From assembly GCF_035301925.1 (NCBI RefSeq), contig NZ_DATGTI010000088.1, positions 3 to 64,002 of the forward strand: DNA of 64,000 bases, written 5' to 3'. Position 1 is the first letter of the stretch; every line of letters begins with the position of its first letter. Position numbers and translations under genes: made by a program. The notes under the pieces were generated by a model. It was given only the letters and a program-made list of their open reading frames with translations. It made no database searches and was not told the origin of the DNA. This DNA is from Lentibacillus sp. (GTDB lineage Bacteria > Bacillota > Bacilli > Bacillales > Amphibacillaceae). Of this stretch, positions 1 to 8,496 are shown in pieces.

Positions 1-180
1 ATAGTAGCCATCACGATAGTCGTTGATTTCATATGCAAGGCGTCGCTTGCCCATTTCATCAACTTTTTCAATTTCCGCCCCGTTATCTGTCAGCACTTTG
101 CTGAAACGCTCAATTAAGCTGTTTTGAGCTTCCTCTTCCATGTCCGGGCGGATGATATACATGATTTCGTATTTTCTCAT
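1..180 (-). CDS. rpsF: 30S ribosomal protein S6, 5' part (runs off the window start)
   Basis: Reverse strand from ATG at 180 reads [26 protein letters not shown]...[18 protein letters not shown]; RBS AGGAGG upstream; lies downstream of ychF. Confidence 0.97.
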   Translation of the reverse strand, partial: MRKYEIMYIIRPDMEEEAQNSLIERFSKVLTDNGAEIEKVDEMGKRRLAYEINDYRDGYY

Positions 181-240
181 CCGTTACACCTCCTTTTGGT
201 CTTAGCGGCCCTTTTACTGTGAAAAGAGCAAGGAGTAATA
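181..240 (-). promoter_or_regulatory. Putative S6:S18 ribosomal protein leader (autoregulatory RNA)
   Basis: Leader reads CTCCTTGCTCTTTTCACAGTAAAAGGGCCGCTAAGACCAAAAGGAGG: 5' CTCCTT can pair with the RBS, with an internal hairpin followed by CCG; located directly upstream of rpsF. Confidence 0.7.
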
Positions 241-369
241 TTGTTTTCATTACTCACAGTGCTGTATTATATCAAAATACACCCTGAAAAACAAGCATTC
301 GAGAGATCCTGATTTGTTATACACATTCATATTTACATACCTTGATGCTTTTTCCCTTGCAGTTGACAT

Positions 370-576
370 ACATGTGCTTTCCGCGGGTAACGGTTCAGCC
401 TCGGCCAATACGAAACTGATACAAAGCTGTTGCAACAGGACGTGACCCTTATTAGTCTTTGTTCGTTAACGTTCGCTGTAGGGTCTTCACACTGTTGCTT
501 TCCCCCGGAATCTACGTATGCGCCGCCCCGCCAGCCAAATAAAAACCTAACGCTGTATATGTTGGAAAAACAGCCT
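370..576. repeat. Degenerate MITE-like intergenic repeat (GCTTTCCGCGGG...GGGTCTTC...GAAAAACAGCCT type) carrying a ~62-bp internal module shared with the bcr1-like repeats
   Basis: Imperfectly palindromic arms at ~376-400 and ~478-515; terminal GAAAAACAGCCT ending at 576; segment 421-464 aligns with 25103-25145. Left boundary uncertain. Confidence 0.55.
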
Positions 577-579
577 GAT

Positions 580-1680
580 TTAAACATTAAACCTAAAATG
601 AATGACATCACCGTCCTGAACGACGTAATCCTTGCCTTCCAGACGGACTTTGCCTTTATCCCGTGCATTGGCCATTGATCCGGTTTCCATCAGATCTTCA
701 TAGGAAACAGTTTCTGCCCGGATAAAACCACGTTCAAAGTCCGAATGGATGATACCTGCTGCCTGTGGTGCTTTTATCCCTTTTTGGAATGTCCAGGCAC
801 GCACTTCCGGTTCACCTGCTGTAAAATAGGTTCCGAGCCCCAATAACTGATAGGAAGCTTTGATAAGCTGATCAAGACCAGATTCTGCTATCCCTAAATC
901 ATCCAGAAACATTTCCTTTTCTTCCGGATCCAGTTCAGCAATCTCCTCTTCTATTTTAGCGCAGACCACAATCACTTCCGCATTTTCTTTAACTGCATAT
1001 TCCCTTACTTTTTGTAAGTCTTCATTTTTATCCGGATCCGCCACATCGTTTTCACCCACATTTGCAGCATACAATGCAGGCTTGCTCGTCAAGAGGTGTA
1101 AGTTTTTCACCATTTTCCATTGATCATCGGAAAATTCCAACGCCCGGACTGGTTTCTCAGCCTCCAGTCCGTCTTTCAATTTTTCAAGCAGATTATACTC
1201 CGCCACAGCTTCTTTTTCCTTCTGTCTGGCCATTTTTTCAACCCGCTGCAGACGTTTGTTGACCGTTTCCAGGTCTGCCAGAATCAATTCAAGGTTAATC
1301 GTTTCAATATCATCAATCGGATTAATTTTACCTGAAACATGGGTAATATTATCATCCTGGAAACAGCGGACCACCTGGACAATGGCATCCACCTGGCGAA
1401 TATGGGATAAAAACTGATTGCCCAGTCCTTCTCCCTTACTTGCTCCTTTCACTATTCCTGCGATATCTGTAAATTCAAATGTTGTTGGAATTGTTTTTTT
1501 CGGTTTAACCAATTCACTTAATTTATTTAAGCGTTCGTCGGGAACTTCCACAATGCCCACATTCGGATCAATCGTGGCAAACGGATAATTTGCCGCTTCA
1601 GCACCCGCCTGTGTAATGGCATTAAACAATGTTGATTTTCCAACATTGGGAAGTCCGACAATTCCTGCTGTCAAAGACAT
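580..1680 (-). CDS. ychF: Redox-regulated ATPase YchF (Obg family)
   Basis: GIVGLPNVGKST, ANYPFATIDPN, DIAGIVKGASKGEGLGNQFL and C-terminal TGS domain; start set at ATG 1680 after AAGGAG. Confidence 0.97.
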   Translation of the reverse strand: MSLTAGIVGLPNVGKSTLFNAITQAGAEAANYPFATIDPNVGIVEVPDERLNKLSELVKPKKTIPTTFEFTDIAGIVKGASKGEGLGNQFLSHIRQVDAIVQVVRCFQDDNITHVSGKINPIDDIETINLELILADLETVNKRLQRVEKMARQKEKEAVAEYNLLEKLKDGLEAEKPVRALEFSDDQWKMVKNLHLLTSKPALYAANVGENDVADPDKNEDLQKVREYAVKENAEVIVVCAKIEEEIAELDPEEKEMFLDDLGIAESGLDQLIKASYQLLGLGTYFTAGEPEVRAWTFQKGIKAPQAAGIIHSDFERGFIRAETVSYEDLMETGSMANARDKGKVRLEGKDYVVQDGDVIHFRFNV

Positions 1681-1775
1681 TGCAACTTTCACTCCTTAAG
1701 GATTCCCATTCATATGACGCGTCAGTCATAACAATTATAGATACAAGGCGTTGAAATGACAAGCCATGAAAATAC

Positions 1776-1805
1776 AAAAATAAGCATTCAAAAATGCTTA
1801 TTTTT
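1776..1805. terminator. Intrinsic terminator-like hairpin between yyzM and ychF
   Basis: AAAAATAAGCATT-CAAA-AATGCTTATTTTT inverted repeat with A/T tails. Confidence 0.55.
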
Positions 1806-1892
1806 GCGGCATAAGTGATTAAAATTTAATTTTTATAAAAAAACCTCAGCCAAAATTGGTGATTGAGACCATCACATAACTTTTTGGACAAA

Positions 1893-2016
1893 TTTATCCC
1901 GCATTTAAGGTCAGTCATCCCCTCAAAAACAGGGGATGACTGACCTTAAATGCCCGATTCTGTTCTACTGATATTCAGCGGAGAAGAACACTCCGCTGAA
2001 TGAAGTTTCACTTTAA
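1893..2016 (+). repeat. bcr1-like intergenic repeat, short form (copy 1)
   Basis: TTTAT-CCCGC...GAAGTTTCAC-TTTAA ends; perfect 23-bp stem 1901-1923/1931-1953; second stem ATTCAGCGGAG/CTCCGCTGAAT. Confidence 0.9.
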
Positions 2017-2210
2017 TCATCTGCTTTAACGAGAATTTTTTTCATTTTTTTCGTGAACCGTTTACGGGGGATCATCACACTATGACTGCAACCCATGCAT
2101 TTTATCCGGATATCCATCCCCATTCGAATAATTTTCCACCGGTTTTCGCCGCATGGATGTGGTTTTTTCATTTGAACGATGTCATTCAAATTGAATTCCT
2201 TATCTGCCAT
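2013..2210 (-). CDS. yyzM: DUF951 family protein (YyzM-like)
   Basis: MKKPHPCGENRW..RMGMDIRIKCxGC motif; adjacent to ychF. Confidence 0.9.
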   Translation of the reverse strand: MADKEFNLNDIVQMKKPHPCGENRWKIIRMGMDIRIKCMGCSHSVMIPRKRFTKKMKKILVKADD

Positions 2211-2224
2211 ACGTTTTTCCTCCC

Positions 2225-3127
2225 TTACATATCCCGTTCAGGATCTATCTGCAGTGAGTTTGGTTCCTGATTTCTTGAATACATGACAAGACGAGGTGCC
2301 GGAATCTGAATGCCTTCTTTATAAAGTACTTCTTTGACCTCTTTCCGGATAATCCGCGCTCCGGCCCATTGGTAGGATGGCAGTGTTTCGGCAATGACTC
2401 GGATCGTATAGTGAGATGTTTCCAATGACTGAACACCGATAATTTCCGGGACCCGTACAATCGCCTCATATTGATCAGGCAATGTCTTGGCGACGTCATC
2501 AATTATCTGTTCTGCAGCGACAACATCATTTTCGTATGGCACATTGATGTCCACAACGGCAAGACCATTATGAATCGAATAGTTGGTTACCTGTGTCACA
2601 CTTCCATTCGGCAGGACATGCTGCTCACCAGTCCAGCTTTCAATTTTAGTAGTGCGCATGCCGATTTCCTCAACATAACCTTCTACACCTGCTGTCCTAA
2701 TGTAATCGCCAACTGAAAATTGATCCTCAAATATAATGAAAAAACCTGAAATAATATCCCGTACCAGATTCTGAGCCCCAAAGCCAATGGCCAGACCTGC
2801 TACACCGGCACCTGCCAGCAAAGCACGAATCTCAAGCCCAAATGCGCCATCCAGAACCATAATAAAAGCAATGAAATAAACAGTATATTTCATTGTGTTT
2901 TGGATCAGCTTCTTTATGGTGATTTCACGTCTTTCCGTAATGCGTATTGGCCCCCTGGATCTGTTTTCAAAAAGTCTCCAAATGACCTTGTTCCCCAACC
3001 GGACAACAATGATGGCAATCACGATGATCGCAATTGCCTGTAATAGCGCCTCGCCAATTTCAAGCCAAAGGTCGGGACCTGTTATATATTCCCATAGATC
3101 TGTTACCTCTTTATTTAAAAATTCCAC
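2225..3127 (-). CDS. Small-conductance mechanosensitive channel (MscS/YkuT-like)
   Basis: AGAGVAGLAIGFGAQNLVRDIISGFFIIFEDQFSVGDYI motif; start moved to GTG 3127 after GGAGG because the ORF-track start lies inside a repeat. Confidence 0.92.
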   Translation of the reverse strand: MEFLNKEVTDLWEYITGPDLWLEIGEALLQAIAIIVIAIIVVRLGNKVIWRLFENRSRGPIRITERREITIKKLIQNTMKYTVYFIAFIMVLDGAFGLEIRALLAGAGVAGLAIGFGAQNLVRDIISGFFIIFEDQFSVGDYIRTAGVEGYVEEIGMRTTKIESWTGEQHVLPNGSVTQVTNYSIHNGLAVVDINVPYENDVVAAEQIIDDVAKTLPDQYEAIVRVPEIIGVQSLETSHYTIRVIAETLPSYQWAGARIIRKEVKEVLYKEGIQIPAPRLVMYSRNQEPNSLQIDPERDM

Positions 3128-3152
3128 AATTAAACCTCCGACAACACAATAT

Positions 3153-3420
3153 ATAAAGTGAAACTTCATTTTAGTGGGGATGCTTTATTTCCCACTAGAG
3201 GCAGTACATAGGCTAAGTACTCGGGCGTTCTCGAAAAAGAAAAACACTTTTTCTTCGTGCGATGTATCGCTGCCGCAGCTTCCCTTATCCTGTTGCAACA
3301 CCTTTGTGACCTGCATCGTGCAGGCCCGAACAGAATCGGACCTTTAGTTGTACTCCACTTGTTTGGTTATTTTCCACTCCTATTTATGTGAGGACTTACT
3401 GCCTGTTAAGGCGGGTTAAA
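3153..3420 (-). repeat. bcr1-like repeat, long form (copy 2)
   Basis: ATAAAGTGAAACTTCATT at 3153 and GGCGGGTTAAA ending at 3420; internal part is the reverse complement of 6238-6365. Confidence 0.9.
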
Positions 3421-3463
3421 TAGATTTTACAATATCCACTCCCTTATGAAAAGTGATGTGGCA

Positions 3464-4489
3464 TCATGTATGTCTGTTTCCTGTTTTATTCCACAATGGG
3501 TACAGAAGTAATCGTGTTAATACATACAAATTTAAAATCCCATAAATTGGATAACTATAATTGATCAGCGTGGAAAATCCGACTGTCGTTAATGGGACCA
3601 TAGCGAGAATGACAATTGCTGACAATAGCCAAACTGGTGCATTCCAGCGGCTTTGAATTCTTGATACGATACCCAGCACACCTGATGCAGCCGTTGTAAA
3701 AATAGCAAACCATAATAGAATGGACATAAAAATAAGTATTTCAACCGGATAATGCTTTAATATCGCAAATAAGGGAATTTCATATAATAATAATTCGTCA
3801 GCGATCTGAATTAAACTACTATTATAAATAAATGAGAGTGTTCCCAATATCAGTCCGCTCCCAATTGCCGCAACATATATTTCCTGCTTCGATCTGACCT
3901 TATTGCCGATCGCACCCAATACAGCAATCAGGGGCAATATATTCAGCGCGGTAAATGGAAAAGCAGCTGTCCAATTCCGTTGTTCATGCAAATGTGACCA
4001 AACATTAAGCTCCTGATCATTTATAAAAAATAATAGAATATATAACAACCCGCCAAGCAATAATGGCAAAACGATTTGATTCACGGCGAGCAATCCGTTG
4101 ATATCTTTCAAAAATAATACGATTAAACCGACCGTTATAATGAGTACACCCCACCAATAGGAAAAATCAAATGCTTGTCCGGTCGCGCCGCTTCCCGCAA
4201 TCATAACAACCGTTGTCGTCGTTAAATATAAAAATATCATGACATCATAGACATTTGTCAGTTTTTTTCCCACAATATCACGGAGAACCGGCAAGTAGTC
4301 ACTTGATTTTTTTTGATAGCTTACATGCATAATGACAAAGCAAGATATTGAAAAAAACACAGCAAATAACAGGATGGCCAGTCCACTTTCATGCCCGAAA
4401 AATTGCCATAATTCCCTCCCGGAAGCATACCCGGCCCCTATTGTCGTCCCAATGATTAAAAACATCCATTTCAGACCACTTCGCAGCAT
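3464..4489 (-). CDS. YkvI-family membrane protein
   Basis: IIGTTIGAGYASGRELWQFF N-terminal motif; about 10 hydrophobic segments. Confidence 0.8.
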   Translation of the reverse strand: MLRSGLKWMFLIIGTTIGAGYASGRELWQFFGHESGLAILLFAVFFSISCFVIMHVSYQKKSSDYLPVLRDIVGKKLTNVYDVMIFLYLTTTTVVMIAGSGATGQAFDFSYWWGVLIITVGLIVLFLKDINGLLAVNQIVLPLLLGGLLYILLFFINDQELNVWSHLHEQRNWTAAFPFTALNILPLIAVLGAIGNKVRSKQEIYVAAIGSGLILGTLSFIYNSSLIQIADELLLYEIPLFAILKHYPVEILIFMSILLWFAIFTTAASGVLGIVSRIQSRWNAPVWLLSAIVILAMVPLTTVGFSTLINYSYPIYGILNLYVLTRLLLYPLWNKTGNRHT

Positions 4490-4574
4490 CGCTTCTCCTC
4501 CATTATATTGATCGATGTATAGTTTGATAATTTTTTCCGTATACTAATACCAATATGTTTGTGGAGGAGAAGCT

Positions 4575-5168
4575 ATGAATCTAATCAACCGTTTCGTCAC
4601 AAAAAATGATAAACTGCAAATGAATTATTCAGACCCTAATCTGCTGGATAAAATGAATAAACAGATTACGTCCTGGCTGCCGACAGTTCCAAAAGAATAC
4701 GTTATTGTCTGTATTGGGACAGATCGGTCGACCGGTGATGCACTTGGACCTTTAACAGGCTCTTATCTTTCAGAGTTGAATCCAAAACATTTGCACATAT
4801 ATGGCACTTTGCCTGAACCGGTCCATGCAACAAATATACCCGATTATATAAAACACATTTATAAGCAGCACCGGAATGCATACACTATTGCTGTCGACGC
4901 ATCTCTCGGGAAATCAAATTCCGTAGGCTCCATTATTGCTGATATCGGCTCATTGGCTCCTGGAGCAGCATTAAATAAAAATCTCCCTGCGATTGGTGAT
5001 ATTCACATCACTGGCGTCGTTAATATCAGCGGATTTATGGAATTCACTACCCTGCAAAACACTAGACTTTCCCTTGTCGTTAATATGGCAAAACATATTG
5101 CTGCCCTATTGGAAAAAATCGATCAACAATTGACACACACCATCATTTCCGGCTATTGCTGCAACTGA
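4575..5168 (+). CDS. yyaC: Spore protease YyaC (DUF1256)
   Basis: CIGTDRSTGDALGPLTG and PVHATN motifs; located near spo0J. Confidence 0.92.
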   Translation: MNLINRFVTKNDKLQMNYSDPNLLDKMNKQITSWLPTVPKEYVIVCIGTDRSTGDALGPLTGSYLSELNPKHLHIYGTLPEPVHATNIPDYIKHIYKQHRNAYTIAVDASLGKSNSVGSIIADIGSLAPGAALNKNLPAIGDIHITGVVNISGFMEFTTLQNTRLSLVVNMAKHIAALLEKIDQQLTHTIISGYCCN

Positions 5169-5219
5169 AAAGCAAACATTAAAAGAAGAAATATAAAACT
5201 TCATTTTTGATTATAGCAT

Positions 5220-5426
5220 AGGCTATTCGATATTAAAGTTCCTATTCAATGAGGAGAATAAAAAAGGACCTGCCGGCTAAGTTTATAACACCCGTGCGTC
5301 GGCATTTCGAGGCGGTTCAGTTTCAATCTGGGTTTACATAGGCTGTGGTGACTTCAACAGTCAGAGGCTGACGCATCGATATTTAGTCACAGGTCCCCAT
5401 TTAACGCCGGGGATTTTGAACAGCCT
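5220..5426. repeat. MITE-like repeat with GTTCAAAA-type terminal inverted repeats (family B, degenerate copy)
   Basis: Shares AAAAAAGGACC..GGCTAAGTT, TTCGAGGCGG, GTGGTGACTTC, TTTAGTC and TTTTGAACA in the same order as 20884-21117; ends AGGCTATTCGA / TTGAACAGCCT. Confidence 0.7.
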
Positions 5427-5428
5427 CT

Positions 5429-6133
5429 TTAAAATAGCAAATAAACATAATAGACCATTCCGACTGTCAAAATGGCTGGCAGCAGATTACCGACGCGTAT
5501 TTGAACGACTTTTAATAAGTTGAGTCCAATTGCCATGATTAACAAGCCACCCACCGCTGTCAGTTCAACAATTAGTCCGTTCAAAAAGAATTCAGGGATC
5601 CATTGATTAATCTGTGTCGCCAATAATGCAATAGATCCCTGATAAACGACAACCGGAATAACGGACAGAATAACACCAAACCCAAGTGTTGTCGTTAAAA
5701 CAAGGGCAACAAAACCATCAATGACGCCTTTGGTTACGAGCACTTCATGGTCTCCCCGAAGCCCGCCATCCAATGCGCCAATCACTGACATTGCCCCAAT
5801 CACAAAAACGAGTGAGGCAGTTATAAATCCTTGTGCAACACTGCCATTGTCATCTGTTGTCGTAACTTTTCTGCCTATCCAATCCCCCAGCCGGTTTAAT
5901 CCTTCTTCCAGGTGTATAAATTCCCCGATAATGGCACCTGTCAATAAACTTAATAGTACGACAATAATCGCTTCCGTAGATAATGCCATTTGCAGGCCTA
6001 TTAAGATAACCGCCAGCCCAATACCATGCATAACAGTTTCTTTATATCGCTCCGGTATTCTGGTAAAAAACAAACCAATAAGACTTCCTGCAATAATACA
6101 AATCCCGTTAACAATTGTTCCAAGTAAAGCCAT
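5429..6133 (-). CDS. DUF554 family membrane protein (YdfK-like)
   Basis: LLGTIVNGICII start and GFITASLVFVIGAMSVIG motif; multiple TM segments. Confidence 0.88.
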   Translation of the reverse strand: MALLGTIVNGICIIAGSLIGLFFTRIPERYKETVMHGIGLAVILIGLQMALSTEAIIVVLLSLLTGAIIGEFIHLEEGLNRLGDWIGRKVTTTDDNGSVAQGFITASLVFVIGAMSVIGALDGGLRGDHEVLVTKGVIDGFVALVLTTTLGFGVILSVIPVVVYQGSIALLATQINQWIPEFFLNGLIVELTAVGGLLIMAIGLNLLKVVQIRVGNLLPAILTVGMVYYVYLLF

Positions 6134-6147
6134 TCGTTCATCTCCAT

Positions 6148-6414
6148 TTTATCCAGCCTTAACAGGCAAGTCCACCATTACATATGATCGTCATACTTAA
6201 AAGCTGTGTAGGGCAACTGCATGGTAAGGTGCGATTCTGTTCGTAACTGCACAATGCAGGTCACAAAGGCGTTGCAACAGGATAAGAAAAGCTGCGGCAA
6301 CGATACACCGCACGAAGAAAAAGTGTTTTCCTTTTTCGAGGACGTTGCGAATTTAGCCTTTGTTCCTCTGCTTCAGCAGAGAAAAGCACTCTGCTGAATG
6401 AAGTTTCGCTTTAT
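6148..6414 (+). repeat. bcr1-like repeat, long form (copy 3)
   Basis: TTTAT at 6148-6152 and 6410-6414; TGTTC at 6238 and 6361; AGGA at 6279 and 6339. Confidence 0.92.
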
Positions 6415-6415
6415 C

Positions 6416-7570
6416 TTATAAAAGGTTATATGATTCTGTTATTTCCTTTATTGCTTGCAAAAATTGTTCTACTTCGTCTTCTGTATTATACCTGCCGAGG
6501 CTGGCCCTAACGATACCCTGTTCAGTGGTGCCCAATGTTTCATGTGTTAACGGACTGCAATGGAGACCTGCGCGAACAGCTATGTCATAGTGTGAATCAA
6601 GGACCATCGCTATCTCCTGTGAAGGAATATCCAGAACATTAAATGCTACGATCGGCATTTGTTCGACATGTTCATCCGGTCCATAACACGTAACACCTTC
6701 AATTTTTTTCAAGCCTTTAAAAAGCGTTTGAGTCAATAATGTTTCACGTGGAACATTTTCATGATTGCGTGTTTCATAAAATTTCAGTGCAGCGTGCAGA
6801 CCAGCTATACCTGGCGTATTTAATGTACCGCTCTCCAGCTTTTCAGGCCAATGTGATGGCTGATCAGGGTCTTCTGAAAAACTGCCGGTGCCCCCATGAT
6901 TTAGTGGTTGAAGGTCCAAATCTCCTTCAACCATAAGCATGCCAATTCCTTGTGGCCCCAATAAGCCTTTATGCCCGGGAAATGCCATCATATTAATCCC
7001 CATGTTTTTCATATGTAAATGTTTATGTCCGGCTGTCTGTGAAGCGTCTACAAGCAAAGGTATTTGATGTTGTCTAGCTGCAGACGCTATTCGTTCAATG
7101 GGCATTACGGCTCCAGTGACATTGGAAGCATGTGTCATGGCAATTAATTTCGTGTCGTGTGTAATGGCTTGTTTCACATGCTCTATGAAATCATCTTCAT
7201 GATCATACCAAGGTACATACGTCACGTCTACACCATACTGTTTTTTTAAACTTTCAAGAGGCCTGCGTATCGAATTATGTTCAAACGTCGTCGCAATAAC
7301 ATGATTTCCATTCACCCATGGCATCCCTTTAATTGCTTGATTTAATGCAGCCGTCGCATTTTGATAAAACAATACTTTTTTAGGATCACTGCAGCCAAAA
7401 AGACGGGAAGCTATTTTCCTCGTTTCCGAAATAATATCTGCGGCTTCTTTTGCCAGTCTGTGGTCCCCTCTGCCAGGATTTGCTCCCATTTCATTTAAGG
7501 CATGGATCATAGCTTCCCCCACTTCCGGTGGTTTAGGATGAGACGACGCAGCCTGATCGAAATATATCAT
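6416..7570 (-). CDS. Cysteine desulfurase family protein (class V PLP aminotransferase)
   Basis: IYFDQAASS, THASNVTG, VDASQTAG, PGHKGLLGPQG and VRAGLHCSP motifs. Confidence 0.9.
   Translation of the reverse strand: MIYFDQAASSHPKPPEVGEAMIHALNEMGANPGRGDHRLAKEAADIISETRKIASRLFGCSDPKKVLFYQNATAALNQAIKGMPWVNGNHVIATTFEHNSIRRPLESLKKQYGVDVTYVPWYDHEDDFIEHVKQAITHDTKLIAMTHASNVTGAVMPIERIASAARQHQIPLLVDASQTAGHKHLHMKNMGINMMAFPGHKGLLGPQGIGMLMVEGDLDLQPLNHGGTGSFSEDPDQPSHWPEKLESGTLNTPGIAGLHAALKFYETRNHENVPRETLLTQTLFKGLKKIEGVTCYGPDEHVEQMPIVAFNVLDIPSQEIAMVLDSHYDIAVRAGLHCSPLTHETLGTTEQGIVRASLGRYNTEDEVEQFLQAIKEITESYNLL
6740..6755. promoter_or_regulatory. parS (Spo0J/ParB loading site), intragenic
   Basis: TGTTTCACGTGGAACA is the reverse complement of TGTTCCACGTGAAACA and matches the Bacillus parS consensus TGTTNCACGTGAAACA. 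Confidence 0.92.
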
Positions 7571-7656
7571 ATTTGAACACCCTTTATTGAATGAAATGTC
7601 TGCAGCTAAAGAAAAAGACTGACCATCATTCGCTTTTTATGTCAGCCTTTCTTTCT

Positions 7657-8496
7657 TTAATCTTCAAACGTCTCCAGTATGCGGTCAAGATCTTCATTTG
7701 AATAAAATTCTATTTCAATTTTTCCTTTCTGTTTTCCCCGATTAATAGAAACGGCTGTCCCCAAGCGTTCACGCAATACAGATTCACGTTCCTGTAAAAA
7801 GATATCCTTTTTCGGTTTTTCCTTTTTTGGTTTAGGCTTTTCATTCATTTGAACGATCAGCTGCTCTACTTGACGTACATTTAATTTTTCTTTCCGAATT
7901 TTATTAACCAAAGGAAGCACTTTATCCCTGTCCTTTACGCCGAGCAAGGCCCGGCCATGACCCATTGACAGCTCACCATTATTAATATAGGCAACGACTT
8001 GTTCCGGAAGTGAAAGAAGACGGACGATATTGGCGATGTGTGACCTGCTTTTTCCAAGACGTTTCGATAATTCATCCTGTGTGATGCCAAGTTCATCCAT
8101 TAAGTTCTTGTAAGCATGCGCTTCTTCAATTGCCGTCAGGTCTTCGCGCTGCAGATTTTCCAGCAAGGCAATTTCCATCATTTTCTCATCGGACAAGTCT
8201 TTTACCACTGCTGGCAATGTTTTCAAGTCTGCTTCTTTAGCAGCACGGAAACGCCGTTCACCTACTACAATTTCATAGCCCTTGATACTTTTGCGAACAA
8301 TCAGCGGCTGAACGATGCCATATTCCAGAATTGAATCCTTTAACTCCTCAATTGCATCCGCATGAAACGTTTTGCGCGGCTGATAAGGATTTGGCCGGCA
8401 CTCATTCACCGGGATTTCCTGAATCGCATCTTCATTATTTTCTTCCAGTTCAGGTGGAAAAAACGCATTGATTCCTTTACCCAACCCTCTCGCCAT
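7657..8496 (-). CDS. spo0J: Chromosome partitioning protein ParB/Spo0J
   Basis: GLGKGINAF, PNPYQPRK, GERRFRA and ENLQREDL motifs; follows soj. Confidence 0.97.
   Translation of the reverse strand: MARGLGKGINAFFPPELEENNEDAIQEIPVNECRPNPYQPRKTFHADAIEELKDSILEYGIVQPLIVRKSIKGYEIVVGERRFRAAKEADLKTLPAVVKDLSDEKMMEIALLENLQREDLTAIEEAHAYKNLMDELGITQDELSKRLGKSRSHIANIVRLLSLPEQVVAYINNGELSMGHGRALLGVKDRDKVLPLVNKIRKEKLNVRQVEQLIVQMNEKPKPKKEKPKKDIFLQERESVLRERLGTAVSINRGKQKGKIEIEFYSNEDLDRILETFED

Noticed and set aside
250-678. Short ORFs between rpsF and ychF, also 24997-25236 and 10255-10530
   Set aside because: They run through repeat DNA or overlap real genes, with no convincing RBS or protein motif
3128-3169. 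N-terminal extension MKFHFIY of the MscS ORF, and ORF 55673-55861 starting MKFHF
   Set aside because: ATGAAGTTTCACTTT is simply the repeat terminus; the MscS gene has a better RBS and GTG start at 3127
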